In this document: positions 10,001 to 18,667 of the stretch, in pieces
Layout of the letters: every line of letters begins with the position of its first letter
Position numbering within the stretch: position 1 is the first letter of the stretch
From: an uncultured virus (IMG/VR IMGVR_UViG_3300018475_001895)
Taxonomy: Duplodnaviria; Heunggongvirae; Uroviricota; Caudoviricetes
Reading direction: 5' to 3' (one strand)
Length of the DNA: 64,000 nucleotides
IMG/VR virus record: IMGVR_UViG_3300018475_001895
Program-made: the position numbers and the translations under genes
Notes under the pieces: model-generated
Databases searched by the model: none
Told to the model about the DNA's origin: nothing
What the model saw: only the letters and a program-made list of their open reading frames with translations

Positions 10001-11772
10001 ATAATACCAAGACCACTTGTAGCAAGCTCGTTGTTTCTTGTGGCACTCGCCCTATTACGAGCAGTTCTAGCGCTTGCAATTTCATTGGCAAGCATCATTT
10101 GCTCATGCCTGGGCATCTTTTGCAAGATAGAACTTATCACACTAGCATAGATATCCTTATTAGGACTATCCGGCATCTGTTCGAGGAACTGCTCTCGCGT
10201 AGCGGCATTTCCTCTTGTAAATTTCCGAGGATCAATGAAATTATTATCCTCCGCCTGCTTCTGCATCCAGAGATACATATACTGACGAAAATCTTCATCC
10301 ATCTTCGGATCTTTAAATCGTACAGATTCGCCACGTCTCTGGAAATTAGAAGCGGCGCTTCCCATACGTCCAACCAGATCATTAGAGGTATGATGCTCTT
10401 TTGCATACACCTCGGTAGCTTTCATCAGCTTTCCTGTGCTATAATCATACATACTCACAGGGTCACCAGAGACTGCACTATAAATACGAGACAGCCACAT
10501 AGGGATGACCTGTTCAACTGCATGTACAGTCTTATTGGTCAAAACAGCTTGACCGGTAGGATTCTTTAATGTAGTATCGATACCGTGGCGAGATCGCACA
10601 TTAGAACCGAGTAGACCAAAAATAAAATCGGAGATTTTTCCTCCGCCCTCTTCAACCGGTTTAGAAAAGTTTCGACCTCTATCAGCCCATTTAGCTAAAA
10701 GTGCAGGAAAGAATGACTCCAAATACTTACCTGTCTGATCCATTGTCTGCTTTAAATAAGCAGGAAGCATCGCAGAAAGTACCTGGTCCGTAATAAGCTG
10801 TAACGGGTTATCGCCAGCAGCTCCAAGAATAGTCTTTAAATCCATGCCACCAGTTGCCATACTAAGCATACTGGAAATACCATATTTCTCGTCAGCATTT
10901 TTCTTAATGGTTTTTAGCCAATTCTTGATATTCAACTCACCATGAACACCAAATAGCTCTTCATCTTTTGGTGCCTCAAACTTCTCCGGTGCAGCCGGAG
11001 TTGTGTTGGTTTTAATCTGCGTAAGCAGATCCGTGATTGTCTGTAGCTGACCCATCATCTGCTGGTGTGCTTCACGATTTACTTCCAGCATAGATGTTGC
11101 AAAAGAGTTCACCGCTTGCAATGTTGCCGCCTGTTGGGTGACCATGTTCTGAGCAGCATTCATCATTTGTGCATGCTGCTTCAAAGACATACGAATATTC
11201 GTTTGTGCATTTGCATTATTCGTATGAACCATGGCTTGTGTAGCGGTACTAATAGCGCTGATTGTTGCATCGGTACGAATATCAGCACCACGTTCCTGCA
11301 CTTCGACAAGTTTTACTTCTTTCTCGAATGCGGGATCTACTTCAGGTTCGACATATTCTCCATCTTCATCGAACCCGGTCATGTCAACATCACCAAAACT
11401 ATCCAACAGGGAATCAATATTTGCACCCCATTCGGATCGATCTCGGTTAGCAACATAAAGATCTCCAGACTTTAAATCCGACAATGCGTTATTCGCAAAT
11501 TTAGATAGAGCTTGGAAATTATCCGAATGCATTGCACGGTCGACGCTCTTATTTAAGCTATCTACAGGATTGCGTAGAAAGCGGGCAGTATCTTCAATTA
11601 GATCACGGTTGGTGTCAACCATGCCTGCCAATGTGGGCATCGACATATTTACGACTTCAGTACCAGATGCGAGGAATAATTTTGCCGTTCCTGTAAAATA
11701 TTTGCCACCTTTGGTAGCGATGCCTTTCAGGCGCTGGCGAACATCTTTCACCATCTTATCATTCTCGGCCAA
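1057..11772 (-). CDS. Giant tape-measure-like tail protein with two C39-like cysteine peptidase domains and a C-terminal phage tail lysozyme domain
   Basis: 3571 aa; Ala/Gly/Lys-rich helical repeats (AWEGIKSGASAVGNWFGG); three GxxxPGGP Gly-rich hydrophobic repeats; AGCGPTAAAMV...HY and SACGPTSAAMI...GHF (C39-like); IWNYLQKEGYTPEGAAGIMGCWQHESG...GIGLAQWTGPRG (phage tail lysozyme). Confidence 0.85.
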   Translation of the reverse strand: MAENDKMVKDVRQRLKGIATKGGKYFTGTAKLFLASGTEVVNMSMPTLAGMVDTNRDLIEDTARFLRNPVDSLNKSVDRAMHSDNFQALSKFANNALSDLKSGDLYVANRDRSEWGANIDSLLDSFGDVDMTGFDEDGEYVEPEVDPAFEKEVKLVEVQERGADIRTDATISAISTATQAMVHTNNANAQTNIRMSLKQHAQMMNAAQNMVTQQAATLQAVNSFATSMLEVNREAHQQMMGQLQTITDLLTQIKTNTTPAAPEKFEAPKDEELFGVHGELNIKNWLKTIKKNADEKYGISSMLSMATGGMDLKTILGAAGDNPLQLITDQVLSAMLPAYLKQTMDQTGKYLESFFPALLAKWADRGRNFSKPVEEGGGKISDFIFGLLGSNVRSRHGIDTTLKNPTGQAVLTNKTVHAVEQVIPMWLSRIYSAVSGDPVSMYDYSTGKLMKATEVYAKEHHTSNDLVGRMGSAASNFQRRGESVRFKDPKMDEDFRQYMYLWMQKQAEDNNFIDPRKFTRGNAATREQFLEQMPDSPNKDIYASVISSILQKMPRHEQMMLANEIASARTARNRASATRNNELATSGLGIIFSGMLDKETANSLEYESKRRRYGLTEDERDDIVKKAHARNLTMGGVNATNIIANDILTTLRRGIITYTYIIGNETGNVSTSGNPMLTEALKDAQTVRDSLDRKVQAENGATARRQERERRERSDRQKRQAEIDKVRSLDELIIDKDTPLETIMAYQEALQIKNTAPGTSDNPQIEATRRLITSHSDKFKERLGISPDKGFLDNLKGAMTKAPFALMNQGLETIDAFLFKIIYGEDAESYLNSTDEVPSLMRTVTASVKAHWMDARSWFAEHIGEPLKDSLFNKETGLIPRIKNRLFEKVVDPVKNRAKEFGGRIKSKFIGNKVLDEEGNFTGEYSGGRFSDAYNQIRGKVRGIKDGTKTEGAGLIDRLLWGEAADSPRKGVKYVHGENGEDYMGYYGIGGKIKKATDDFTDMLFGPDANGDDHGSREKFKLVKDEVNKAFPDMVIGAGAGLLGSLFLPGGPILGMVLGSGASLVAGSDKLKSFLFGEFGDDVEDVMMPDPKNPGRMKPVVDPLTGKKVTRKKQTKSGLIDRTVTDAFKQYAPAMGKGAAIGVIGSMFLPGGPLLGGVIGALGGMTTASHQMRELLFGNIEDPKSGLISKEFREKVKKEIKDRAPAALGGATLGAGAWGLISSLGIIPGLSLIPGGPIFGFLGGLTGALNAEKINSFFFGEEADVTEESTDENGNKITKTVKKRQGGLFGKAFDFTKDKILTPMSNKINQMGKSVGEWFDKNVVGPFSRSIEPLKEQMHEAGERIKESFHNIGDKIKESFDNVFEKHVGKPLGEFFKEKVITPLENATNKIFSAIGKAIGNIISAPFKALEFIVTGKVGGETPEERKEKARADKKEQARLEREQKINEAKETIGHMTGTVRGFFGQFFGKKPPSEEEAKQQSRGLGGRLKQTFRDTWNKIKGGSKPAPGAEQAPDASTDNTATDPYAGMKYVQNRDANGRFIPGGQWVPDTDPSYVDADWKSVEDPKEQKKRDSQSERKKLRDKERADKAAQRDRDKAESEKIKADRESKAKADREAPTKRHKAKKSDNEYLETISKHTKDIPKIYSEIKGQLGGTGWNIAYIKTLLDKKFGKLSDEELPEEMEGSKKVKKRRTIFGKIYDRVAETVSDVFSGVKERVGKVIDTVMHPFRLLGKAVGALKDGVVGAAKTMWSITKTIGSAIGELLKGAAQGVGEILVGVGKTIKAAGEGIGKALGDILGTLTGVLKDGILGISSVVRGLVETAAAIAPDVAKLAWDGMKFVGKGIGKGIKFAAKGVGKGVKWVWNKITGKGDDEDGEGVDKIKTKIKKIGSFIIDGGYLDEVKGLTPVAIGGDARIPFPYVTVINGMARKLSNHAIPVYILGVEKSAKFNTDNGTDSDQDAPTSSGDSGNLPGLPAANDNKQAPGAPKAPGSGTPSAGGGPNKPNPLDHVKNAARAAADRFRRWKRKYLSADRSAESSATPAEEYDKMIQSAQTQEEAEAVMAAQQMNANGQLVAAGGGDGEEKSSNGILDFLLGKGGLLSGIASVGLPFMFHMFSDKGNKAWGLENFGINLLRGLGLNKLSPNQIVSALSDSNAAKEIAGEASEKAVHSLTRRGTKTWTKTAKAATRLGRVGDFVRGIIHPDDVAEGATRSSRAGGFIGRGIQGTKNAIGNAVEWLGNTKIGQVVGGVVDNAKTGVTGLFDMIRGSAVADGAKAVGGKVVEGVTAVKDGLMNFGAKASQKVGSLMTGLSEKLGGIAAGKSTKAAAGAVAKEAAEAATDTGPVKSAIKKLIDTLLSNKTVKAAFGKLSKKIGQVGSKLVAMLSGEVLEKALKDGAKSTLKSTIKQIAAFGTGGILAIGFAIVDFTSGMGNARKYFNVFGEDVTLGMRLTAGLCNTLGGLLSLIPGVGGFLSVAASLFMDKIVQAVYNIFQDEDGKAELAKKQAELQTATDTYNAENNASLTVDEYAKKYNADGSERKNIFQKAGDAISSGAKKAGNAIATGATKAWEGIKSGASAVGNWFGGIFGSGPGYGEWGMGVPSGVAVAQQGIISRIASAVKDKVASVTGADGNGGIIGKVTEFIKNPKQLSETIINAGFGIGQSLINMMQDIYKDKSKLPNIFGIIGEGLGSSLIADMKETEGSNASISSAMATAAVASSAAKSGDTSMWSRIKSGASGVWNKIKTGASNAWSTVKGWFGGGDGYDISEWGTGSVTPMSQRSGKWNQDSQAMAKAGCGPTAAAMVSSAYGARGSTPGEANRMSYSMGMRASDGGTNPAFFGQYAASHGYGMSEGPVNSNAMAANLRKGQPVVVMGKGGAYGKNMHYMVADRMTGKGGVGLVDPLTGSRKSTTMKGLLDNTKNAIYSYGKGGPERYGADDEATPENATDANVDTSVEYKNNFPFYLQGDSRWATKMYSSIGDSSQTMKSSACGPTSAAMILRSFGIPADPPGVADWSVAHGHRTSNNGTAWALFPALAEEYGLDIKTVPASQLVDTLASGVPILASMSKGHFTNGGHFIDLVGTRNGMILVNDPASTTRTEKVWDPSIFASEGKNFWAFTKDGKGSIDNLLPLDMSQRAMVGGTSLGGTAVVGSTTAYSSTGSSIPDVTGMDTMSALSTVFSSIGSQMDDIMTVLLGGTLSSETVDENGNTVTTGRKVGSSGGVVGGTNFSFGASAGKTDPTQHKSEIWNYLQKEGYTPEGAAGIMGCWQHESGNTSARVEGDYLSGFPGHDQVLSSNAALNDWTERLFRAYDNSDISINRGAYKGSDGNYYPGIGLAQWTGPRGYNLFKFAVDNNLDWRELSTQLKFFEHETSTSFSGLKEKLNQATSPEHGAQIGLDNFEMYSGWSSTSKGQEQLAARAQSAAQIYNTYANVDNPTTGAGPGWGRGVADMSDSHSAIMADVRRINAQFDKARDEAQTDSTVATLTEKITEAVGASSSGGAPGEYTDALQVIAASMATMVDLLTKISKNTEKTADDSTSSINSNSSLPTVQPHYPNGDKNPEDVGALTINRLTSI

Positions 11773-11802
11773 TACGTTTCACCTACTTTCTACAGGGTAT
11801 AG

Positions 11803-11814
11803 TATAGGAATGTT
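11803..11814 (-). promoter_or_regulatory. Putative late promoter AACA-N6-TA (AACATTCCTATA)
   Basis: Motif recurs upstream of at least 7 genes in the window; here it is upstream of the tape measure gene. Confidence 0.7.
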
Positions 11815-11873
11815 CGGCCTAAACCATATACCGGCTAGTATAACATAAATAGTTTGATGAAAAAATAAAAGCA

Positions 11874-11901
11874 AATGGGAGCCCATATGGGCTCCCATTT
11901 T
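11874..11901. terminator. GAGCCCA/TGGGCTC palindromic hairpin, possibly a bidirectional terminator
   Basis: AAATGGGAGCCCATATGGGCTCCCATTT flanked by A and T tracts. Confidence 0.55.
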
Positions 11902-11982
11902 TCTGTATACATATTATATTCATAATGATAGAATCGAGACCGTTGTGAACTTGCTGGATGTCGACAGCATTCAGCAAAATCC

Positions 11983-12297
11983 ATGTTCACAGAAGGAGAT
12001 GATCTGAAGGCGCATACTCTCCAAAAGTTGCATGCTCGGAACCAGCGTGTTGCTCCCTGTTTAGAAGAATTGCTTCTTCCAGGGTATACACTGGATGATA
12101 TTTCTGAAACAGCTAAGACTAACGAGTGGAACGTGGTGCGGTATATTGAAACCGAGCCATTGGACCCATTCAGAGTCTTCGTAACCCGTATGGCTTTGGC
12201 CAACGGCGTAAGTAAACTTACTTTAGCTCAATCCTATCACTATGGATGTTATCCGGGAAGTATATTTCAACTTCCCGGGTACATCTTTATTCACTGA
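11983..12297 (+). CDS. Hypothetical protein
   Basis: 104-aa ORF downstream of a TACATATTATA early-like motif (11908-11918); start uncertain. Confidence 0.4.
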   Translation: MFTEGDDLKAHTLQKLHARNQRVAPCLEELLLPGYTLDDISETAKTNEWNVVRYIETEPLDPFRVFVTRMALANGVSKLTLAQSYHYGCYPGSIFQLPGYIFIH

Positions 12298-12604
12298 TGG
12301 AATTTTCTTTTTCTAGCAATGACTCCATCTCAGATTTAGTACCGATGCCTCTGATCGATCCAAATTTCTCGCCACGCCAAAACCGAAAACCGCCACACTT
12401 TTCACTGAATCGCATTAACTTTACAAACTGAATAGTTTCATTTTCATTCTCTCGTAACATGGGATAAAGTCCAACGATATCACCAGTTTCAGTATCAAGC
12501 TGAACTTGTGCTAAGAATACAAAGGTACCGTCGTCTTCAGCACGACCGTTTAGCATGTCGAGCACTCGTTGAATAACGCTCTTAACAACGTCTGAGATGA
12601 TCAT
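12287..12604 (-). CDS. Hypothetical protein
   Basis: 105-aa ORF, co-oriented, 6 nt after the upstream gene. Confidence 0.65.
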   Translation of the reverse strand: MIISDVVKSVIQRVLDMLNGRAEDDGTFVFLAQVQLDTETGDIVGLYPMLRENENETIQFVKLMRFSEKCGGFRFWRGEKFGSIRGIGTKSEMESLLEKENSISE

Positions 12605-12610
12605 ATGTAT

Positions 12611-13114
12611 TTAACCCTTCTTAGCCTGCTTCTTCTGCAGAGCCAGAGCGCGGTCAACCACACTCTTCTTATAAGTTACCTTACCGGTATGAGCGCCAGA
12701 ACGCTCCATCTTCTTTACGGTCAGCTGCAGCATCTTCTCACGGAACATGCGCATATTCTTCCCGCATTCGGTATAGATGTACATAGCCTCATCCACAGCA
12801 TCAGTGACCCACTCAACATCTCGAGCGCCGTATTCGAAGCTGTCAATGATCTTGCTACGCTCACCGGCATCGGTAACACCAGCATGCTTCAGCATCTTGT
12901 CCATGAACTTCTGCAGACCTGCACCAATGTCGCACTCTTCCTCAAGCAGAGCGTCATTGCGCAGGAGATACTTCTTAGCCTTGAAGTCCTTATCAGACAG
13001 AACTGCATAGACCAGAGTCTGGAAGTCAGACTTAGAGAACCTGCTGGACGGATTCTTCTTCAGCTCGTCAACGATCGTATTAACCGCTACGGCCACATTC
13101 TTCTTTTCGCTCAT
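12611..13114 (-). CDS. Small basic-tailed protein, likely highly expressed (possible nucleoid/DNA-binding protein)
   Basis: AGGAGG SD; strong AAG/CTG/GAG codon bias; Lys-rich C-terminus; only weak resemblance to an HU-like segment. Confidence 0.7.
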   Translation of the reverse strand: MSEKKNVAVAVNTIVDELKKNPSSRFSKSDFQTLVYAVLSDKDFKAKKYLLRNDALLEEECDIGAGLQKFMDKMLKHAGVTDAGERSKIIDSFEYGARDVEWVTDAVDEAMYIYTECGKNMRMFREKMLQLTVKKMERSGAHTGKVTYKKSVVDRALALQKKQAKKG

Positions 13115-13197
13115 TGTTATAGTTCCTCCTTAATATTCATTTACATTGGGGAATATGGTTATGGTATTTCTAAACGAGGACTATTTCGCCTCGGGAT

Positions 13198-13488
13198 TCA
13201 CCCTCCAATAATCACATCACCGCTACCATCTCGCACAGATCCACCAATCGAGACAGCATCACCGACTCTGGCTGCAGGTCTACCGTTGATAAAAACGCTA
13301 CTACTACCAGCGGAGATTGTGTCAGAATGTCCAGGATGTACTAAACACCCGTGAGATGCATAGCTATCTCCGACACGACCTGCACCAAGTCCATTGATCA
13401 GTACATCACTGCTTGCTGTGACAAGAGGGACAGGAGCACACATATCATGTCCGGTGTTAGAATCACCCAATCTTGTAGCACTTGGCAT
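13198..13488 (-). CDS. PAAR-domain tail spike tip protein
   Basis: ATRLGD...VLINGLGAGRVGD...GSSSVFINGRPAARVGD...GSGDVIIG. Confidence 0.93.
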   Translation of the reverse strand: MPSATRLGDSNTGHDMCAPVPLVTASSDVLINGLGAGRVGDSYASHGCLVHPGHSDTISAGSSSVFINGRPAARVGDAVSIGGSVRDGSGDVIIGG

Positions 13489-13501
13489 GGAATATACCCC
13501 C

Positions 13502-13804
13502 TTAGTTCAAACGAACTATACCACCCTGAGTTGTAAAGTTTCCGGTAATCGTAACATCAGCTTTAATGTCGATCTTATTTGCATTGATTGTCATATTCTC
13601 ACACTCAATGTGAATATCACGAGCATTTAAGTTGAGATCACGAATTTTCAGAATTACATCCAGAGAAGTAAAATCAACACTATCCGGAACGATAATGACC
13701 ATCTTCTCAGCCTCGTAGATGAGAACGGTCTTTCCACCCATTCCTTCAAGTTCGGTTCGATATAATCCTTTTAGCGTTGATGCGGGTACACCACTTTCAT
13801 ACAT
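13502..13804 (-). CDS. Short baseplate spike-like (beta-helix) protein
   Basis: Alternating beta-strand repeats IHIECENMTINANKIDIKADVTITGNFTTQGG directly upstream of PAAR; GGAGG SD. Confidence 0.6.
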   Translation of the reverse strand: MYESGVPASTLKGLYRTELEGMGGKTVLIYEAEKMVIIVPDSVDFTSLDVILKIRDLNLNARDIHIECENMTINANKIDIKADVTITGNFTTQGGIVRLN

Positions 13805-13827
13805 GGTATCACCTCCAATATACCAGG

Positions 13828-14193
13828 TTAGGCTCTGGGGACAAGAACCATAAACCCATCTGTATCACGAACGCCCTCTTTAGTCTTCTTGATCTTCTTA
13901 TCTTTCACACGCTGATTATAATTAGCTCGGATCTTGCCGATCAGATCACTAACCTCAGCGGCACCAGCGTTAATGATTACAGACAGAATCTCTTCATCTC
14001 TGGCCTCTTTTCCGTATACAGGAATAGCCAGCAGAGCCACAATCAGGTCACGATTAACATCTTTCATCACAACCTGAGTAGTCTTTTTACTCTCAGACTT
14101 TGCAAGCAACATTGCACGTACATCTGCAGCCATATCAATATTCATCCTTTCTCTCGGAGTTATTATTTTGTCTGCTGATAAATCAATAAACAA
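13828..14193 (-). CDS. Hypothetical protein with C-terminal RDTDGFMVLVPR motif
   Basis: 121-aa ORF, start uncertain. Confidence 0.6.
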   Translation of the reverse strand: MFIDLSADKIITPRERMNIDMAADVRAMLLAKSESKKTTQVVMKDVNRDLIVALLAIPVYGKEARDEEILSVIINAGAAEVSDLIGKIRANYNQRVKDKKIKKTKEGVRDTDGFMVLVPRA

Positions 14194-14230
14194 TGATCTC
14201 TTGTGGGTTTAGTAATATTTTAGCACCTCG

Positions 14231-14242
14231 AACACCACTATA
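14231..14242 (+). promoter_or_regulatory. Putative late promoter AACACCACTATA
   Basis: AACA-N6-TA upstream of the RNAP beta gene. Confidence 0.7.
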
Positions 14243-14299
14243 ACGTATACAAATATTGTGTGCTGATTGAATCCTGAAACGAAAGGTTGTGAAGATAAC

Positions 14300-17200
14300 A
14301 TGGTAAGGGTTGACTATCTGGACCCTTTTATGGTTTACCAGACGAAGCCGCCTGTCATTATGCCTGAAACCCAGGGGGATCGTAAGAAGGATCAGGCATA
14401 TGTCGTAATTGCGCCCACGATTGAACAGGAGCTTCAATTCCTTTCAACAAATAAGGTGCTATCTTTCCGTTATTTATCGAAGTATTTTGTAGAGAAAAGA
14501 TGGGACACAAAACTGTATGGAGCCGGACGAGTAATCACGCTTCCCAATAAAGATGGGGAGCTTTCTAATCTTCTGGGCAGATATCACACAGGAAATCTCA
14601 AAGATCTTGATGAAGTCACATCTTTCCTCCCCACAAATAAAACTGATCTTCTAAAACGTCTGAACGTATTGGTTGAAGTCAACCACGTAACCAATGGTGT
14701 ATTGACTAACCCGAAAGATAATCGAATTCTCCGCATGAAAGTTCAAGATTTGATCAAAGAACTTAGTCGGGTAATCGAAATTGACTATCTTGGACCTTAT
14801 CAGAGAACCATTATTATCCCCATGGAACTCTGGTTTGATGCTGAGGAATATAACGCACCAGCAAATCTCATGAAACCTATTAGCAAGAATCCTATGGGCG
14901 TCTTTCTCGGGATGCTTACCGATGTAAATACTCTCAGAAAATTCGGTAATATCATGCTGGTTGATGGTAATTACGTGCTGAAGATGAATGCTGATAGTAT
15001 TCCTGATAAAGAAAAGGATGACCCGAAAGAGTTCATCGAAGAGCAAATTACTGCTTTCATGAGGAAAGCTCGTAAGCGTAATCCGGCATATCTTGCTCCT
15101 ATTAAAGAAATGGACGGAGAAGATGATCCTTCTACCGTTTCTCTTGCAGTTGCAGCGGAGAAAACACGTAAAGAAATGACAGCTGATAAAGCTATCGAGG
15201 CAATCAAAGCTGATCCAGATAAAGTATCTCCGGAAAAGAAAGAAGCGATTGCTAAAAAGGTTGAAGAGAAAATTGCAGCAAAGCCTGCCAGCAGTTCCTC
15301 TTCACCAGCTCCTGCAATGGTTGATGAGTATGATAGTGGCACTGATCCTGAGGATGAACTCATTCGTCTGGATGAAGATCTTCCTAAGATTGAGTTCGAT
15401 AAACCTGGTGAAGCCGATGTTATTCTCTCTGCAAAAATGTCTGGTAGATCTGTTGCATCTGAGAAACGTAATGAGATGCTGAAAGATAAGTATCGTGAAC
15501 TTAAGTTCGGTGCTACATCTATGATGGATCTCATTGAAACTGAAACTGCCGCAGAGATTCCGGTTATCGAAACAAAAGCGCGTACGATTAATCCGGCTCT
15601 AAAGAAGCTCTCTGCTCAGCGGTTTGAAGAGACCTATGATAAGACCCTGATGCAGCATGACCTTGTCAGTATTCTTCTTCATTTCTCCGGTGTACGTCCT
15701 GCAATGTATTTGAATAAAGATATCGAGATCGAAGATGTTTCGTCCAGAACTGATCGTGTATTAAAATACACGGTTACATTCGAAGATGAAGATCGTAAAC
15801 GTCATCGGTTCTCATTCAAATTGCCGAAGATGTATAAGCATAAATATCTCTTCTTAAATGGACAGGAACTTACGATTACTCATCAGAAGCTGCCATTCCC
15901 GATTACAAAAGTTCAGGCTGATCGTTGTCAGTTGGTAACTAACTACAATAAGATCTTCGTATATCGATATGGTACTGCGCTTTCTCCGAGAATCATTCGA
16001 CTGAAGAAAATCTTAAGTGGTGAAAATCTTCCTAACTGTGTCATTCGTAAGGGTGATTGTACATCGATGAACAAATCCCGTCTTACCACGATTGAGTTTG
16101 ATGAACTTGCAAGCAATTTCGTGAAAATTCAGATTGGTAAAATGAATGACAATATTTCGTTCTTGTTCGATCCTGATGCTACTAGCGTCATGTTTGATGA
16201 GAGAAAAATGCCGACTAAAGTTGATTCTGTTACCAGTGATGAACTCGATAAAATCGAAGATAAGACCTTGTTCCCCATTGCTCTCAGAAAAACCAAATCT
16301 TCCAATCAGTCTGTAGTGATTCAGTATTGGTTGTCTGGCACAACCAATCAGGTTTATGATGATAAGGGGATAAAACAGGGTGAACTCTCTGACTTTCTGA
16401 TTCAGAATCTGATTGAATTCAATCCAAATCTTGAGAAAGATTTTGCTGATACCAGTGCTGGTAGTAAGTTCATGTATTCTCGTGTAAGGATCATGTCTCA
16501 AGATATTCCGCTGATTCTTGTCATGGGTGCAGCTGATCCTAATGGTCTTATTGGTGCACTAGAGAAGAGTAAGATCAACTACCAATTTGTTGAGAAACGT
16601 CCTACCGTTGATAAAAACGTCACTGGCGTCATTCCTTTCGCGGATGGGTATTTCGTTTTCGATCGATATCCTTATGAGAACTCTCTGCTGCTTAATGGTC
16701 TTTCTACGTTCCCGTCTAAGGAGTATAACTTTTATGATATGAACATGAGAGACACTTATGTAGATATTTTCGATCTCATGTGTGGACAGAGAACTCTTGC
16801 AGATAACCTGCCTGCATTTAACTATATGATGATCGATCCCATCACAAAAGAAGTTCTCAATAAGTTGGATATGCCTACAGATTTTGTAACCTTGCTTCAT
16901 TTCTGTAATGGCGTATTGGCTGACAATTCTTTCCAGATTGACTCGAACTATGAGAACAGCCGTATTCGCTCTAACGAGATTATTATGGCACATCTCTACA
17001 GAGAACTGGCTGTTGCATGGTCCAATTATCGATCTGGTAGAACTGACACTTTTTCTATTCCTGAAGATATTATCCTTAAACTTTTACTCACGTCTAAGAT
17101 CGTGGACCCGAAGTCGAAGTTGAATATCTCGCTGGAACTTGAAAATGATCGCAATGTGAAACTTAAGGGTCCAAGTGGTATGAATGAAGACCATTCGTTT

Positions 17201-18619
17201 ACGATTGAAAAGCGTGCATATCATCCTACTATGCGTGGCGTCGTTGCTACAAATAGTACACCTTCTGGTGAAGTTGGTATCAATCGACATATGGTTACTA
17301 ATGCGAATCTGAAAGATGCTCGCGGTTTTATCGAAATTAAGAAAGATTCGTATGATGGTACTGAGCTGCTATCTCCCGGTGAGATGCTTCAGCCTTTTGG
17401 TCCTGAATCCGCCGATATTGAGCGTCTTTGTATGTCAATTTCGCAGTCCAAACATCTCGTACCCGTTGCTTCGCAGTGCTCTTGTCCTGTGTCTTATGAT
17501 ATGGAGCGTATTGCACCATACATGAGTAATGATTTTGCGTTTACGGCAAAACAAGATGGTAAAGTAGTAGAGATCTCTGAGGATCTTATGATCGTTCAGT
17601 ATACTGATGGAAGTTTCGATGATATTGACCTCTCTGAACATCCAGCTCGTAATACTGATGGTGGTTTCTATATCATGAATAAGATGGATGCTAGACTGAA
17701 AGTCGGTAATCGGTTCAAAGCTGGCGATATTCTAGCTTTTGATAAAAAGACTATCAACGATCTTGATTTCTTCGGTGATCCCTGTGCTAACGTCGGCACA
17801 CTTGCACGTGTTGCTTTCGAATCTAATGGTTCAGTCTTTGAAGACTCCGGATATATTACCGATGACTTTGCTCACCGATTTGCAACACAGATCACAAAGC
17901 AGAAGCGAGTTATTCTCTCTAAGTATGCTAATATCAAATATATTGCTAAGATTGGACAGAAAGTCCAAGCAAATGATCCCATCTTAGCGTTTGATGATAC
18001 GAAAGATGAATTCTCGTCTCAGCTTCTGGCTTCTATCACTGATCAGCTTGCCGATGAAGATGAAGTGATTGCTACCAGTGCACCTGTTATCAGTAAGTAT
18101 ACTGGAACAATTAAGGACATTCAGATCATCTATACTGTTCCACTGGAAGATATGTCACCGAGTCTCCGGAAGGTTGTTGACAGTTATGCTAAAGATGCAT
18201 CTAAACGCGAAAAAGTTGTCGGCAAATATCGTGACATCCGCGATGCGAACACTATCATGAAATCTTCCGAGATGGCTATTCCTGATTCCCGTGGTAAGGT
18301 TGCTGGCACTAAGATTAATGAAGGTGTTATCATTGACTTCTACATCGAATATGAAGATGTTGCCGGTAATGGTGATAAGGGTTCTATCACTGCTCTGAAA
18401 TTTACTGTCTGTAATGTAGTGCCGTCAGAGCTTGCCGGATATACTGAATTCAATCCTGATCGAAAGATTGAAGTATATGTGGCATCGTTTGGCGCATTCA
18501 AACGAATGGTTGCGGACGTTGAGAAGATTGGTATTCTGACTAAAGTTCTTGTCGAGAGTAAGAGAATGCTTAAAGACGAATATAGTCAGAAAATCAAAGA
18601 TGCATTGAAAAAGAAATAA
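14300..18619 (+). CDS. Phage multisubunit RNA polymerase beta subunit, large N-terminal polypeptide (probably virion RNAP)
   Basis: GPSGMN..KRAYHPTMRGVVATNSTPSGEVG (cf. RpoB GPGGL..RDVHP..ETPEG); ERLCMSISQSKHLVP (cf. NRALMGSNMQRQAVP); VFEDS; GDK. Ends before the RpoB C-terminal clamp segment. ATG 14300 preferred over TTG 14267. Confidence 0.9.
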   Translation: MVRVDYLDPFMVYQTKPPVIMPETQGDRKKDQAYVVIAPTIEQELQFLSTNKVLSFRYLSKYFVEKRWDTKLYGAGRVITLPNKDGELSNLLGRYHTGNLKDLDEVTSFLPTNKTDLLKRLNVLVEVNHVTNGVLTNPKDNRILRMKVQDLIKELSRVIEIDYLGPYQRTIIIPMELWFDAEEYNAPANLMKPISKNPMGVFLGMLTDVNTLRKFGNIMLVDGNYVLKMNADSIPDKEKDDPKEFIEEQITAFMRKARKRNPAYLAPIKEMDGEDDPSTVSLAVAAEKTRKEMTADKAIEAIKADPDKVSPEKKEAIAKKVEEKIAAKPASSSSSPAPAMVDEYDSGTDPEDELIRLDEDLPKIEFDKPGEADVILSAKMSGRSVASEKRNEMLKDKYRELKFGATSMMDLIETETAAEIPVIETKARTINPALKKLSAQRFEETYDKTLMQHDLVSILLHFSGVRPAMYLNKDIEIEDVSSRTDRVLKYTVTFEDEDRKRHRFSFKLPKMYKHKYLFLNGQELTITHQKLPFPITKVQADRCQLVTNYNKIFVYRYGTALSPRIIRLKKILSGENLPNCVIRKGDCTSMNKSRLTTIEFDELASNFVKIQIGKMNDNISFLFDPDATSVMFDERKMPTKVDSVTSDELDKIEDKTLFPIALRKTKSSNQSVVIQYWLSGTTNQVYDDKGIKQGELSDFLIQNLIEFNPNLEKDFADTSAGSKFMYSRVRIMSQDIPLILVMGAADPNGLIGALEKSKINYQFVEKRPTVDKNVTGVIPFADGYFVFDRYPYENSLLLNGLSTFPSKEYNFYDMNMRDTYVDIFDLMCGQRTLADNLPAFNYMMIDPITKEVLNKLDMPTDFVTLLHFCNGVLADNSFQIDSNYENSRIRSNEIIMAHLYRELAVAWSNYRSGRTDTFSIPEDIILKLLLTSKIVDPKSKLNISLELENDRNVKLKGPSGMNEDHSFTIEKRAYHPTMRGVVATNSTPSGEVGINRHMVTNANLKDARGFIEIKKDSYDGTELLSPGEMLQPFGPESADIERLCMSISQSKHLVPVASQCSCPVSYDMERIAPYMSNDFAFTAKQDGKVVEISEDLMIVQYTDGSFDDIDLSEHPARNTDGGFYIMNKMDARLKVGNRFKAGDILAFDKKTINDLDFFGDPCANVGTLARVAFESNGSVFEDSGYITDDFAHRFATQITKQKRVILSKYANIKYIAKIGQKVQANDPILAFDDTKDEFSSQLLASITDQLADEDEVIATSAPVISKYTGTIKDIQIIYTVPLEDMSPSLRKVVDSYAKDASKREKVVGKYRDIRDANTIMKSSEMAIPDSRGKVAGTKINEGVIIDFYIEYEDVAGNGDKGSITALKFTVCNVVPSELAGYTEFNPDRKIEVYVASFGAFKRMVADVEKIGILTKVLVESKRMLKDEYSQKIKDALKKK

Positions 18620-18623
18620 ACAA

Positions 18624-18661
18624 ATACGAGGGTGGGACTGTCCCACCCTCGTATACTTTTT
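18624..18661. terminator. Terminator between convergent RNAP beta and folD
   Basis: ATACGAGGGTGGGAC/GTCCCACCCTCGTAT inverted repeat followed by ACTTTTT. Confidence 0.8.
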
Positions 18662-18667
18662 ATATCA